This document shows positions 1-7,875 of a stretch of 32,000 bases of DNA, piece after piece. Location: contig LVZN01000012.1 in NCBI GenBank assembly GCA_001695645.1, positions 150,001 to 182,000 on the forward strand, read 5' to 3'. A program made the position numbers and the translations under genes. Numbering within the stretch: position 1 is the stretch's first letter; every line of letters starts with the position of its first letter. The DNA is from Erysipelotrichaceae bacterium MTC7. GTDB lineage: Bacteria; Bacillota_I; Bacilli_A; Erysipelotrichales; Erysipelotrichaceae. The notes under the pieces were generated by a model. That model saw nothing but the letters and a program-made list of their open reading frames with translations. It was not told the origin of the DNA and searched no databases.

Positions 1-1
1 T

Positions 2-1636
2 AAATTCTCTGAAGAAGGAGGATATAAGACATCAGGTGGACTTCATGGGGTTGGAGCTAGTGTTGTAAATGCATTAAGTCGTTGGGTACACGTTGAAGTA
101 TGTGTTGGTGGAAAACGCTATGAAATGCAGTTTAGTGATGGTGGAAGTAAAGTCACAAAACTAAAGCAAATAGGAACAACCAAACAAACAGGAAGTAAGG
201 TCACGTTCTTACCTGATGATACCATTTTCTCGACAGTTGATTTCTCATTTTCACAAATTTGTGAACGTGCTAGAGAAAGTGCTTTTCTTTTAAAAGGAAT
301 CACTATCAACATCACAGATGAACGTAAAGATAAAAAAGAAACCTATCATTTTGAAAAAGGATTGGAAGACTTCATGAACTATTTGCATGAAGATAAACAA
401 GTCTTCCATAAACCAGTATCATTTGCAGGAGCTGCAAGTAATGGAATCACAGTGGATTGTTCATTCCAATACATTGACGAATATCAAGAAAACATTTTTA
501 GTTTTGTTAACTTGGTACGTACAAAAGATGGTGGAACGCATGAAGTTGGTGCACGTGCAGCATTTACAAAAGTATTTAACGACTATGCAAGACGTAATGG
601 ACTTCTAAAAGAAAAGGAAAAAAACTTTGATGGAAGTGATGTGCGTGAAGGATTAACGATTATTTTATCGGTAGGAATTCCAGAAAACTTACTGCAATTT
701 GAAGGTCAAACCAAAGGAAAACTAGGAACACCAGAAGCACGTGGTGTTGTTGATAATGTCGTAAGTGAGAAACTAACGTTCTTTTTAGAGGAAAACAAAG
801 AGCTTGCAATCTCTTTAGTTAAGAAAATGCAACGCGCTGCACAAGCTCGTGAAGCTGCTAGAAAAGCTAGAAATGAGGCACGTAGTGGCAAAAATAAAGG
901 AAAAAGCGAGAAAATATTATCTGGGAAACTGGCAAATGCACAAAGTAAAGATTCACGTAAAAAAGAATTATACCTAGTCGAAGGGGACAGTGCCGGAGGA
1001 AGTGCAAAACAAGGTCGTGATAGTAAGTATCAAGCAATTTTGCCACTTAGAGGAAAAGTGTTGAATACAGAAAAAGCAAGTATTCAAAGCATTGAGAAAA
1101 ATGAAGAGTTAAATACGATCATTCATGCAGTTGGTGCTGGTGTTGGTTCGAATTTCACCGTGGGTGATTCAAACTACAATAAAGTCATCATCATGACCGA
1201 TGCGGATACCGATGGAGCACATATTCAAGTGTTGCTGCTGACGTTCTTCTATCGCTACATGCGTGAACTGATTGAAGAGGGTATGGTGTACATCGCCTTA
1301 CCTCCACTGTATAAATTGGAGCGGGGAAAAGATCAAGTTTATATTTGGGATGAAAAAGAATTGGCTGAAAAAGCAGCGAAATATAAAGGTTATGCTTTAC
1401 AACGTTATAAAGGACTTGGAGAAATGAATGCGGACCAACTCTGGGATACAACTATGAACCCAGAAACCCGTACATTGATTCAAGTCAGTATTGAAGATGC
1501 GATTGTGGCTGAACGCCGCGTAAGCATTTTGATGGGTGATAAGGCAGAACCAAGACGTGAATGGATTGAAGAAAATGTTTCATTCACGATGGAAGATGAT
1601 TTTGAAAGAGAGGTACAAGATGAGTCGAGAGCCTAA
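2..1636 (+). CDS. parE: DNA topoisomerase IV subunit B (ParE), 5'-truncated by the window edge
   Basis: Frame 2 is open from nt 2 (KFSEEGGYKTSGGLHGVGASVVNALS, the ATPase-domain motif of type IIA topoisomerase B subunits). Toprim motifs ELYLVEGDSAGGSAKQGRD and IMTDADTDGAHI are present. It overlaps a ParC-type A subunit by 17 nt. Confidence 0.9.
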   Translation, partial: KFSEEGGYKTSGGLHGVGASVVNALSRWVHVEVCVGGKRYEMQFSDGGSKVTKLKQIGTTKQTGSKVTFLPDDTIFSTVDFSFSQICERARESAFLLKGITINITDERKDKKETYHFEKGLEDFMNYLHEDKQVFHKPVSFAGAASNGITVDCSFQYIDEYQENIFSFVNLVRTKDGGTHEVGARAAFTKVFNDYARRNGLLKEKEKNFDGSDVREGLTIILSVGIPENLLQFEGQTKGKLGTPEARGVVDNVVSEKLTFFLEENKELAISLVKKMQRAAQAREAARKARNEARSGKNKGKSEKILSGKLANAQSKDSRKKELYLVEGDSAGGSAKQGRDSKYQAILPLRGKVLNTEKASIQSIEKNEELNTIIHAVGAGVGSNFTVGDSNYNKVIIMTDADTDGAHIQVLLLTFFYRYMRELIEEGMVYIALPPLYKLERGKDQVYIWDEKELAEKAAKYKGYALQRYKGLGEMNADQLWDTTMNPETRTLIQVSIEDAIVAERRVSILMGDKAEPRREWIEENVSFTMEDDFEREVQDESRA

Positions 1637-4115
1637 GCAAAAGGAAACTTTAGAAAATAAAAGTGGGATCATTGTCGCACCTTTAGAAGAAATCTTTGGT
1701 GATCGTTTTGGACGTTATTCAAAATACATCATTCAAGAAAGAGCATTACCAGACGCTCGTGATGGATTAAAACCGGTACAACGCCGAATTTTATTCTGTA
1801 TGAATGAAGAAGGAAATACCCATAAAAACAAGTATCGTAAATCAGCGAAATCTGTTGGTTTAATTATGGGGAACTATCACCCACATGGGGATAGTAGTAT
1901 TTATGATGCGATGGTTCGTATGTCACAAGAATGGAAAAGTAGTCATCCATTAATTGATATGCAAGGAAACAATGGTTCCATTGATGATGACCCAGCTGCT
2001 GCGATGCGTTATACGGAAGCTAGACTTTCTTCAATTTCGCAAATGCTACTTCAAGATATTGATAAGGATACGGTTGAATTTGCACCAAACTTTGATGATA
2101 CAGAAAAAGAACCGACGGTTTTGCCAGCTCGTTATCCCAATTTATTGATCAACGGAATTAGTGGGATTGCTGCAGGTTATGCAACAAACATTCCAACACA
2201 TAACCTTGGAGAAGTGATTGATGCGACCATTTATCGTATTCAAAATGGACATTGTACATTAGATGAACTGATGGAGTATATCCAAGGTCCAGATTTTCCA
2301 ACAGGAGCGATTGTGCAAGGTTTACAAGGTATTAAAGATGCCTTTTCAACTGGGAAAGGTCGTGTGATCGTTCGCGCAAAAGCGGTGATTGAACCAACCA
2401 AAACCATTCAGAAAATTGTTATTAGTGAAATCCCATATGATGTTATCAAATGTAATTTGGTACGTAAGATGGATGAAATTCGCATCAATAAAGACATTGA
2501 TGGCATTATTGATGTCCGTGATGAATCAGACCGTAACGGATTGCGCATTGTTGTGGATGTAAAAAAAGATGCAGATGCAAACTTAATTCTAAATTACTTC
2601 TACAAGCATACAGATTTACAAACATCATTTAACTACAACATGGTTGCCATTGTGAACAAACGACCAATTCAACTTGGTTTGGCACAAGCACTTGATGCAT
2701 TTATTGCACATCGAGATGAAGTCATCATGCGTCGTTCGAAATATGATCTTGAGAAAAAAGAAGCAAGATGCCATATCCTTGAAGGTTTGATTAAAGCTAT
2801 TTCCGTCTTAGATGAAGTGATTGCAATCATTCGTGCTTCAAAAGATAAAGGTGATGCAAAACGTGGTTTAATTGAAGCGTTCCAATTCAGTGAAGCACAA
2901 GCGGAAGCGATTGTAACGTTACGTTTGTATCGTTTATCAAATACGGATGTTACCCAATTAAAAGAAGAGTTTGCTCAATTATTAAATGAAATGGAAGAGT
3001 TACGTGACATTATTGATAATCCACGCAGTCTTCGCCGTTTGATGATTAACGAACTTAAAGAAGTGAAAAAAGAATTTGCGACACCACGTAAAAGTAAAAT
3101 TGAAAATGAAATTGAAGAAATTAAAATTGATAAAGTTCAAATGATTAGTAACGATCGTTATGTGGTTACTGTCTCAAAAGATGGTTATGCAAAACGTGTG
3201 AGTTTACGTTCCTATGGAGCAAGTGAAAACACATTCACTGGTTGTAAGGAAAGTGACCACATCATTGGATATCACGAGTGCAACAATCTAGATACGTTAA
3301 TCTTCTTTACCAATAAGGGTACGTATGGATATGTATCGGTTTATGAACTTGAAGAACATAAATGGAAAGATATTGGAACGCATCTAAATACCAAGATTAA
3401 GATGAAGGGTGATGAAAAGTTGGTCAATGCCTTTATCTTGCCAAACTTTAAACAAGATGGTTACTTTGTATTTACTAGTAAGCACGGAATGATTAAGAAA
3501 ACAGCAATCGTTGACTTTGAGGTTACACGTAACAACAAAACAATGACTTGCATGAATGTTCATAAAGAAGATGAACTTGTTAGTGCAGCTCTTGCATATG
3601 CAAATGATGATGTGTATATAGCGACATACAACGGTTATGGTGCGCACTACAAGTTGGACCAAGTGCCAGCAAGTGCACCCAAATCCAAAGGTGTAAAAGC
3701 CATGAATTTGAATGACGATATGATTGTTGGTGGACAAATTGCAGATGCCAATGCACGCTACGTACTACTTGTGACAATAAATGGTGCAGTGAAACGCATT
3801 AAAGTTGATGAGATTGCTTTAATGAACCGTCCAGTTAAAGGCTTGTTGCTACATAAACAAGTAAAAAGTAATCCAAATTACATTCGTTACATCCGTGTGC
3901 TTGATGCAAGTGCAACACTTACGTTCGTAGATGAGGATGTACAAACTATTGAAAGTACAGACATTAGCATTATGAATCGTGAATCTAGTTTCTCTAACTC
4001 AATAACCTTACAACCTAATTTCTATTTGATGAAAGGTTTAGAAGAGGTAAGTGATCACCCTTACAGTGGTGTAGATGAAGACAAAGAGTTTGAAGAACTC
4101 ACATTGAAGGTATAA
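1620..4115 (+). CDS. parC: DNA topoisomerase IV subunit A (ParC)
   Basis: ATG 1620 is preceded by AGAGAGG; the ORF-track start at 1536 lies inside parE. FGRYSKYIIQERALPDARDGLKPVQRRIL is the ParC-type N-terminus (GyrA has VHRRIL). The QRDR reads HPHGDSSIYDAMVRMSQ and the catalytic Tyr region AAAMRYTEARL. I saw no GyrA-box. Confidence 0.9.
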   Translation: MSREPKQKETLENKSGIIVAPLEEIFGDRFGRYSKYIIQERALPDARDGLKPVQRRILFCMNEEGNTHKNKYRKSAKSVGLIMGNYHPHGDSSIYDAMVRMSQEWKSSHPLIDMQGNNGSIDDDPAAAMRYTEARLSSISQMLLQDIDKDTVEFAPNFDDTEKEPTVLPARYPNLLINGISGIAAGYATNIPTHNLGEVIDATIYRIQNGHCTLDELMEYIQGPDFPTGAIVQGLQGIKDAFSTGKGRVIVRAKAVIEPTKTIQKIVISEIPYDVIKCNLVRKMDEIRINKDIDGIIDVRDESDRNGLRIVVDVKKDADANLILNYFYKHTDLQTSFNYNMVAIVNKRPIQLGLAQALDAFIAHRDEVIMRRSKYDLEKKEARCHILEGLIKAISVLDEVIAIIRASKDKGDAKRGLIEAFQFSEAQAEAIVTLRLYRLSNTDVTQLKEEFAQLLNEMEELRDIIDNPRSLRRLMINELKEVKKEFATPRKSKIENEIEEIKIDKVQMISNDRYVVTVSKDGYAKRVSLRSYGASENTFTGCKESDHIIGYHECNNLDTLIFFTNKGTYGYVSVYELEEHKWKDIGTHLNTKIKMKGDEKLVNAFILPNFKQDGYFVFTSKHGMIKKTAIVDFEVTRNNKTMTCMNVHKEDELVSAALAYANDDVYIATYNGYGAHYKLDQVPASAPKSKGVKAMNLNDDMIVGGQIADANARYVLLVTINGAVKRIKVDEIALMNRPVKGLLLHKQVKSNPNYIRYIRVLDASATLTFVDEDVQTIESTDISIMNRESSFSNSITLQPNFYLMKGLEEVSDHPYSGVDEDKEFEELTLKV

Positions 4116-4118
4116 AAT

Positions 4119-4643
4119 ATGAGCTTAAAACAAATCATTGAAGATCATCAATATGCATATAGTGATGAGATGTATACAACTGCATACGATTTACTACATG
4201 GTGAACATAAAAAATCTGACCAACCGTATATTGTGTATGCCTATGGTTTACACTTCGAAAGACTCCAAGATAAAAAACAAGCTGGTTTTTGTTTTCTAGC
4301 TTTGCGCAATGCAGCATACTTTTATGATGATGAGAAACTGACTGATCAAGCAGTTGCACACTCACCATTTGTCGAGAAAAACAAGAAATCACTGTTCAAG
4401 AAGCTATTGATGGTGAATGTTGTTATGGCAATTGTCTTGCTGCTTGTTATGTATTTCGTGCTAAAGTTATCCATCTTATATACCCTTGGCTTGATAGCGA
4501 TTATGATGCTGATCAACTTAGGAATGCAAGGTCGTAAAACGCTACGAGAATACCCACAAAATATGCAACATGTGCTAGAAAATGAAGTCCGCGATGAACG
4601 TTTACTTGAAGTGGTCGCAGATTTACGGTCATATGATGAATAG
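4119..4643 (+). CDS. hypothetical membrane protein (no family recognised)
   Basis: 174-aa ORF starting 3 nt after the parC stop with a GAAGG RBS. It has a long hydrophobic stretch, LLMVNVVMAIVLLLVMYFVLKLSILYTLGLIAIMMLINLG (1-2 TM helices). Confidence 0.5.
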   Translation: MSLKQIIEDHQYAYSDEMYTTAYDLLHGEHKKSDQPYIVYAYGLHFERLQDKKQAGFCFLALRNAAYFYDDEKLTDQAVAHSPFVEKNKKSLFKKLLMVNVVMAIVLLLVMYFVLKLSILYTLGLIAIMMLINLGMQGRKTLREYPQNMQHVLENEVRDERLLEVVADLRSYDE

Positions 4644-5124
4644 ATTCAATCTTTCGTATCGCTATGCAACGCGTGAAGATGCAGATAAAATTTTATACTT
4701 TATTCGTGAACTTGCAGTATATGAAAAAATGCTTGATGAAGTAGTTGCAACACCACAAGATATTGTGTACTGGTTGTTTGAAAAGAAAACAGCAGAGGTT
4801 ATCTTTGCAGTTGTGGAAGGAAAGGAAGTAGGTTTTGCTTTATTCTTTCACAACTTTTCAACGTTTGTTGGTCGTGCTGGTTTATATCTTGAGGATTTAT
4901 TTGTACTTGAAGCATATCGTGGTCAAGGAATTGGGAAATACTTATTTCAACAACTGGCAACGATTGCACTGGATCGTGGTTGTGGACGGATGGAATGGTG
5001 TTGCTTAAATTGGAATCAACCAAGTATCGATTTCTATCACTCATTAGGCGCTAAAGCAATGGACACGTGGACGACCTATCGTCTAACGACCAGTGAGTTA
5101 GAAACACTTGTAAAAGAAGACTAA
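4633..5124 (+). CDS. GNAT family N-acetyltransferase (diamine/SSAT-like)
   Basis: Acetyl-CoA binding motif LEAYRGQGIGKYLFQQLA. The start ATG at 4633/4636 overlaps the upstream stop, so it looks translationally coupled. The ORF-track start at 4582 is inside the previous gene. Confidence 0.75.
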   Translation: MMNRFNLSYRYATREDADKILYFIRELAVYEKMLDEVVATPQDIVYWLFEKKTAEVIFAVVEGKEVGFALFFHNFSTFVGRAGLYLEDLFVLEAYRGQGIGKYLFQQLATIALDRGCGRMEWCCLNWNQPSIDFYHSLGAKAMDTWTTYRLTTSELETLVKED

Positions 5125-5151
5125 AAATACAAACAAGTAATAGTTGCTTTC

Positions 5152-5185
5152 AAGATGGGGGATGTACAATCCTTCATCTTTTTTT
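5152..5185 (+). terminator. rho-independent terminator closing the parE-parC-hyp-GNAT unit
   Basis: AAGATGGGGG / CCTTCATCTT form a 10-bp stem (two G-U pairs) followed by T7. Confidence 0.7.
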
Positions 5186-5279
5186 GCGAAGTTTACTAAC
5201 AAAACAACAGTTCTCATTTTTATGAATTGATATTATATAGTTATTAATATATAATGATATAGAACGAAGATGTGTTTTA

Positions 5280-5288
5280 TGATATAAT
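5280..5288 (+). promoter_or_regulatory. extended -10 promoter (TGaTATAAT) ending 6 nt before the ATG; candidate leaderless transcript
   Basis: TGATATAAT at 5280-5288, then gcatac, then ATG at 5295. There is no purine-rich SD in between. Confidence 0.4.
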
Positions 5289-5294
5289 GCATAC

Positions 5295-6035
5295 ATGGAA
5301 ATACTATCGATAAATAACCCACGTATTAAACAGTGGAAGAAATATGAAAAAAGAAAATACCGTGATCAAGATGGTCAGTTTTTAGTTGAAGAAGAACATT
5401 TGATTGAAGAGGCAATTGCTGCCAATGTCCTTGTGACATTGTTGGTGTTGCAAGGAAAAAATAACACCTTGGATTTTGATGGAGAGGTCATTGAAGTCAG
5501 CCAGGTAGTGTTAGATAAACTATCTACCCATGTCTCAAGTGTGTCGATGATTGGTGTTTGTAGGCAACTAGACCTTAAACCAGTAAAGATGGATCGCATA
5601 ATCTATTTGGACAATGTACAAGATCCAGGTAATGTAGGGACGATTATTCGGACCGCTTTTGCACTTGGATACGATGCCATCTACACCAGTGAAACAAGTG
5701 TAGATATGTATAATGAAAAGGTGATTCGAGCAACCCAGGGGGCGCTCTTCCATATGCCAATCGTTAAAGGCAATCTATTAGAAATCATGAAAAACCATCA
5801 AGCATATGGGGTTCATGTATACGCAACAGCTTTGGATGCACAAGCAAAACAACTGACCAAAGTTGATGTCAAAGTTCCGTATGCTTTGACGTTTGGAAAT
5901 GAAGGAAGTGGGGTAAGTTCACAGATACTTGCACAAGCAAATACAAAAGTGATGATCGAAATGGAACGATTTGAATCATTGAATGTTGCAGTTGCAGCAG
6001 GTATTTGCATGTATGAGTTCTATCACAAGCGTTAG
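5295..6035 (+). CDS. TrmH/SpoU family RNA 2'-O-methyltransferase (RlmB/YsgA-like)
   Basis: SpoU motifs NVQDPGNVGTIIRTAFALGYD, LTFGNEGSGVS and ESLNVAVAAGICMYE. Its position upstream of pheST matches ysgA in Bacillus. Confidence 0.8.
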   Translation: MEILSINNPRIKQWKKYEKRKYRDQDGQFLVEEEHLIEEAIAANVLVTLLVLQGKNNTLDFDGEVIEVSQVVLDKLSTHVSSVSMIGVCRQLDLKPVKMDRIIYLDNVQDPGNVGTIIRTAFALGYDAIYTSETSVDMYNEKVIRATQGALFHMPIVKGNLLEIMKNHQAYGVHVYATALDAQAKQLTKVDVKVPYALTFGNEGSGVSSQILAQANTKVMIEMERFESLNVAVAAGICMYEFYHKR

Positions 6036-6053
6036 GGAATAGGAAAGGAACTT

Positions 6054-6530
6054 ATGTTTACACAACAAGACTTCGAGGACGTTGAACGCGCTATGCAAAC
6101 GATGAATTATTTGATTGATCATGCAACGGCAGCTTTTATTGCTGCTGTGGGCAGTGATGGATATCCAACCATCAAAGCTATGAAACCGGCTAGGTATCAT
6201 GATGGAATTCAGACGTTCTATTTCGCGACAACAAGAAATTCTTTACGCACAAATAATTACTTGCTTAATGATAAAGCTGCGATCCATTACTATGATCCTG
6301 ATTTTGTGCGAACGCTGACTTTACAAGGAACCATGCGAGTCCTTGGCCATGAGGAATCCATACAGTATTATGAAAGTGAAGATGATGAACACTTTAAGCT
6401 GGGGATTCACGATCCATCATTTTGTGTGTTGGAGTTTAAAGCGTACATTGGACGTTTTTATACCAATTTACATATTTATGATTTTGCTGTGCGTGAGCTA
6501 TTACGCCAGTATCACGATTTGATGACCTAA
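6054..6530 (+). CDS. pyridoxamine 5'-phosphate oxidase-like (FMN-binding split barrel) family protein
   Basis: 158 aa with an AGGAAAGGA RBS. The pattern IAAVGSDGYPTIKAM...FYFATTRNSLRTNNYLLNDKAAIHYYD resembles PNPOx-like family proteins. The assignment is by eye only. Confidence 0.45.
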   Translation: MFTQQDFEDVERAMQTMNYLIDHATAAFIAAVGSDGYPTIKAMKPARYHDGIQTFYFATTRNSLRTNNYLLNDKAAIHYYDPDFVRTLTLQGTMRVLGHEESIQYYESEDDEHFKLGIHDPSFCVLEFKAYIGRFYTNLHIYDFAVRELLRQYHDLMT

Positions 6531-6550
6531 GTTGTTGGGTCATCTTTTTA
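6521..6550 (+). terminator. rho-independent terminator
   Basis: GATGACCT / GGGTCATC stem with an 8-nt loop, followed by T5. It overlaps the stop codon. Confidence 0.65.
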
Positions 6551-6567
6551 TTATTATAAGACTAAAC

Positions 6568-6596
6568 TTGAATAAGCTTGTTCTTTATATTATAAT
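6568..6596 (+). promoter_or_regulatory. sigma-A type promoter for the pheST leader
   Basis: TTGAAT (6568-6573), a 17-nt spacer, then TATAAT (6591-6596). Confidence 0.6.
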
Positions 6597-6602
6597 GACT
6601 TG

Positions 6603-6813
6603 GTAAAACGTTGATTAGGACTAGTACTGTTGTACGCTTTTTTTTAGGGAATGGTTGCCTTGACTGTAAGCAACTTAAAAAAGTAAACAGGAATTCACCT
6701 AGGAGTGAGATTAATACTCTCCCGTTACCACGGTTATTGGGCAATTAAGTGTGTCGCAAGATGAAATAGGATGGTACCGCGCAATAGCGTTCCTATATCA
6801 ACTTGTTTTTTTT
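6603..6813 (+). promoter_or_regulatory. T-box riboswitch leader (Phe-specific) with intrinsic terminator
   Basis: Conserved T-box core AAATAGGATGGTACCGCG (6764-6781). Candidate specifier GAA-UUC-A at 6691-6697 (UUC = Phe). Terminator stem CAAGATGAAATAGGA / TCCTATATCAACTTG (6757-6805) is followed by T8 and lies directly upstream of pheS. Confidence 0.85.
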
Positions 6814-6832
6814 ATGCAGAAAGGAAAATATC

Positions 6833-7867
6833 ATGGAAAAATTAGAAACGCTACGCCAAGAGGGTATAGCGAAAATTGAAGCTTGTACATCAACAAAAGA
6901 ATTGCAAGATGTGCGTGTTTTATACCTTGGGAAAAAAGGTCCCATTCAAGAAGTTATGAAAATGATGAAAGACTTAAGTCCAGAAGAAAAACCAAAATTT
7001 GGGCAACAAGTGAATGAAATCAAACAATTACTTGCTTCAAAAATAGAAGAGAAAAAAGTCGTACTTGAAGAAAAAGAGGTTAATGAAAAACTTGTTAAAG
7101 AGAAAATTGATATTACCTTAAGTGGACTTAAACCAAACTTGGGAAATTTACATCCTTTGATTATGGTCCAACAAGAGTTGGAAGATTTGTTTATTGGTCT
7201 TGGTTATGAAATCGCTGAAGGTCCAGAAGTAGAACTTGATCTATACAACTTTGAACGTGCCAACATTCCAAAAGGTCACCCTGCACGTGATATGCAAGAT
7301 ACATTCTACATTGATGCAGATCGCTTGTTACGTACACATACAACAGCTGTGCAGATGCGTGTTTTAGAAGAAAAAGCACCAAGTCTACCGATTAAAGTTG
7401 TTTGTCCAGGTAAAGTTTATCGTCGTGATGATGACGATGCTACACACTCTCACCAATTTACACAACTTGAAGGATTGGTAGTTGGTGAAAACATTCGTTT
7501 ATCGGATTTAAAAGGAACGCTTGAGCTTGTTGCTAAAAAGATGTTTGGTGATGACAAAAAGATTCGTTTCCGTCCATCGTATTTCCAATTTACTGAACCA
7601 AGTGTTGAAGTTGATGTTAGCTGCCATATTTGTGGTGGTAAAGGATGTCCAACTTGTAAAGGTACTGGATGGATTGAAATTCTAGGGGCTGGTATGGTGC
7701 ATCCAAATGTGCTGACAATGGCTGGTTATGATCCAAACGTATGCAGTGGTTTCGCCTTTGGAATTGGGATGGAACGTGTTGCATTATTAAAATATGGAAT
7801 TGATGACATCCGTCATTTATATACAAACGATGTTCGTTTCTTGAAAACGTTCACACGTTTTGAGTAG
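6833..7867 (+). CDS. pheS: phenylalanine--tRNA ligase alpha subunit
   Basis: ATG 6833 with an AAAGGA RBS; the ORF-track TTG at 6803 lies in the terminator T-run. Class II aaRS motifs are present ([40 protein letters not shown]). Confidence 0.95.
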   Translation: MEKLETLRQEGIAKIEACTSTKELQDVRVLYLGKKGPIQEVMKMMKDLSPEEKPKFGQQVNEIKQLLASKIEEKKVVLEEKEVNEKLVKEKIDITLSGLKPNLGNLHPLIMVQQELEDLFIGLGYEIAEGPEVELDLYNFERANIPKGHPARDMQDTFYIDADRLLRTHTTAVQMRVLEEKAPSLPIKVVCPGKVYRRDDDDATHSHQFTQLEGLVVGENIRLSDLKGTLELVAKKMFGDDKKIRFRPSYFQFTEPSVEVDVSCHICGGKGCPTCKGTGWIEILGAGMVHPNVLTMAGYDPNVCSGFAFGIGMERVALLKYGIDDIRHLYTNDVRFLKTFTRFE

Positions 7868-7875
7868 GAGGGTTC

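Noticed and set aside
3384-3737. Antisense or embedded ORFs inside well-supported genes (for example 118-315, 1191-1451, 3384-3737, 12940-13263, 13441-13860, 15143-15547, 16408-16785, 25766-25978, 26826-27188, 27750-28022, 31074-31361)
   Set aside because: Each is fully overlapped by a gene with strong family motifs on the other strand or frame. They lack an RBS and have odd composition, so they look like typical shadow ORFs.
2-4115. Possibility that the type IIA topoisomerase pair is gyrB-gyrA rather than parE-parC
   Set aside because: The A subunit has the ParC-type N-terminus (FGRYSKYIIQERALPD...KPVQRRIL) and I saw no GyrA-box (QRRGGKG-like) in the C-terminal domain. The QRDR (HPHGDSSIYD) looks wild-type, so there is no fluoroquinolone-resistance signal to report.
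6562-6744. 60-aa minus-strand ORF and the TTG-started N-terminal extension of pheS (6803)
   Set aside because: The region is occupied by the T-box leader, and the TTG at 6803 lies in the terminator stem and T-run.
7600-7680. CxxC...CxxC insertion in PheS ([17 protein letters not shown]) as a possibly unusual zinc ribbon
   Set aside because: To my recollection a similar Cys-rich segment occurs in PheS of other Firmicutes, so it is probably a lineage feature rather than a novelty.
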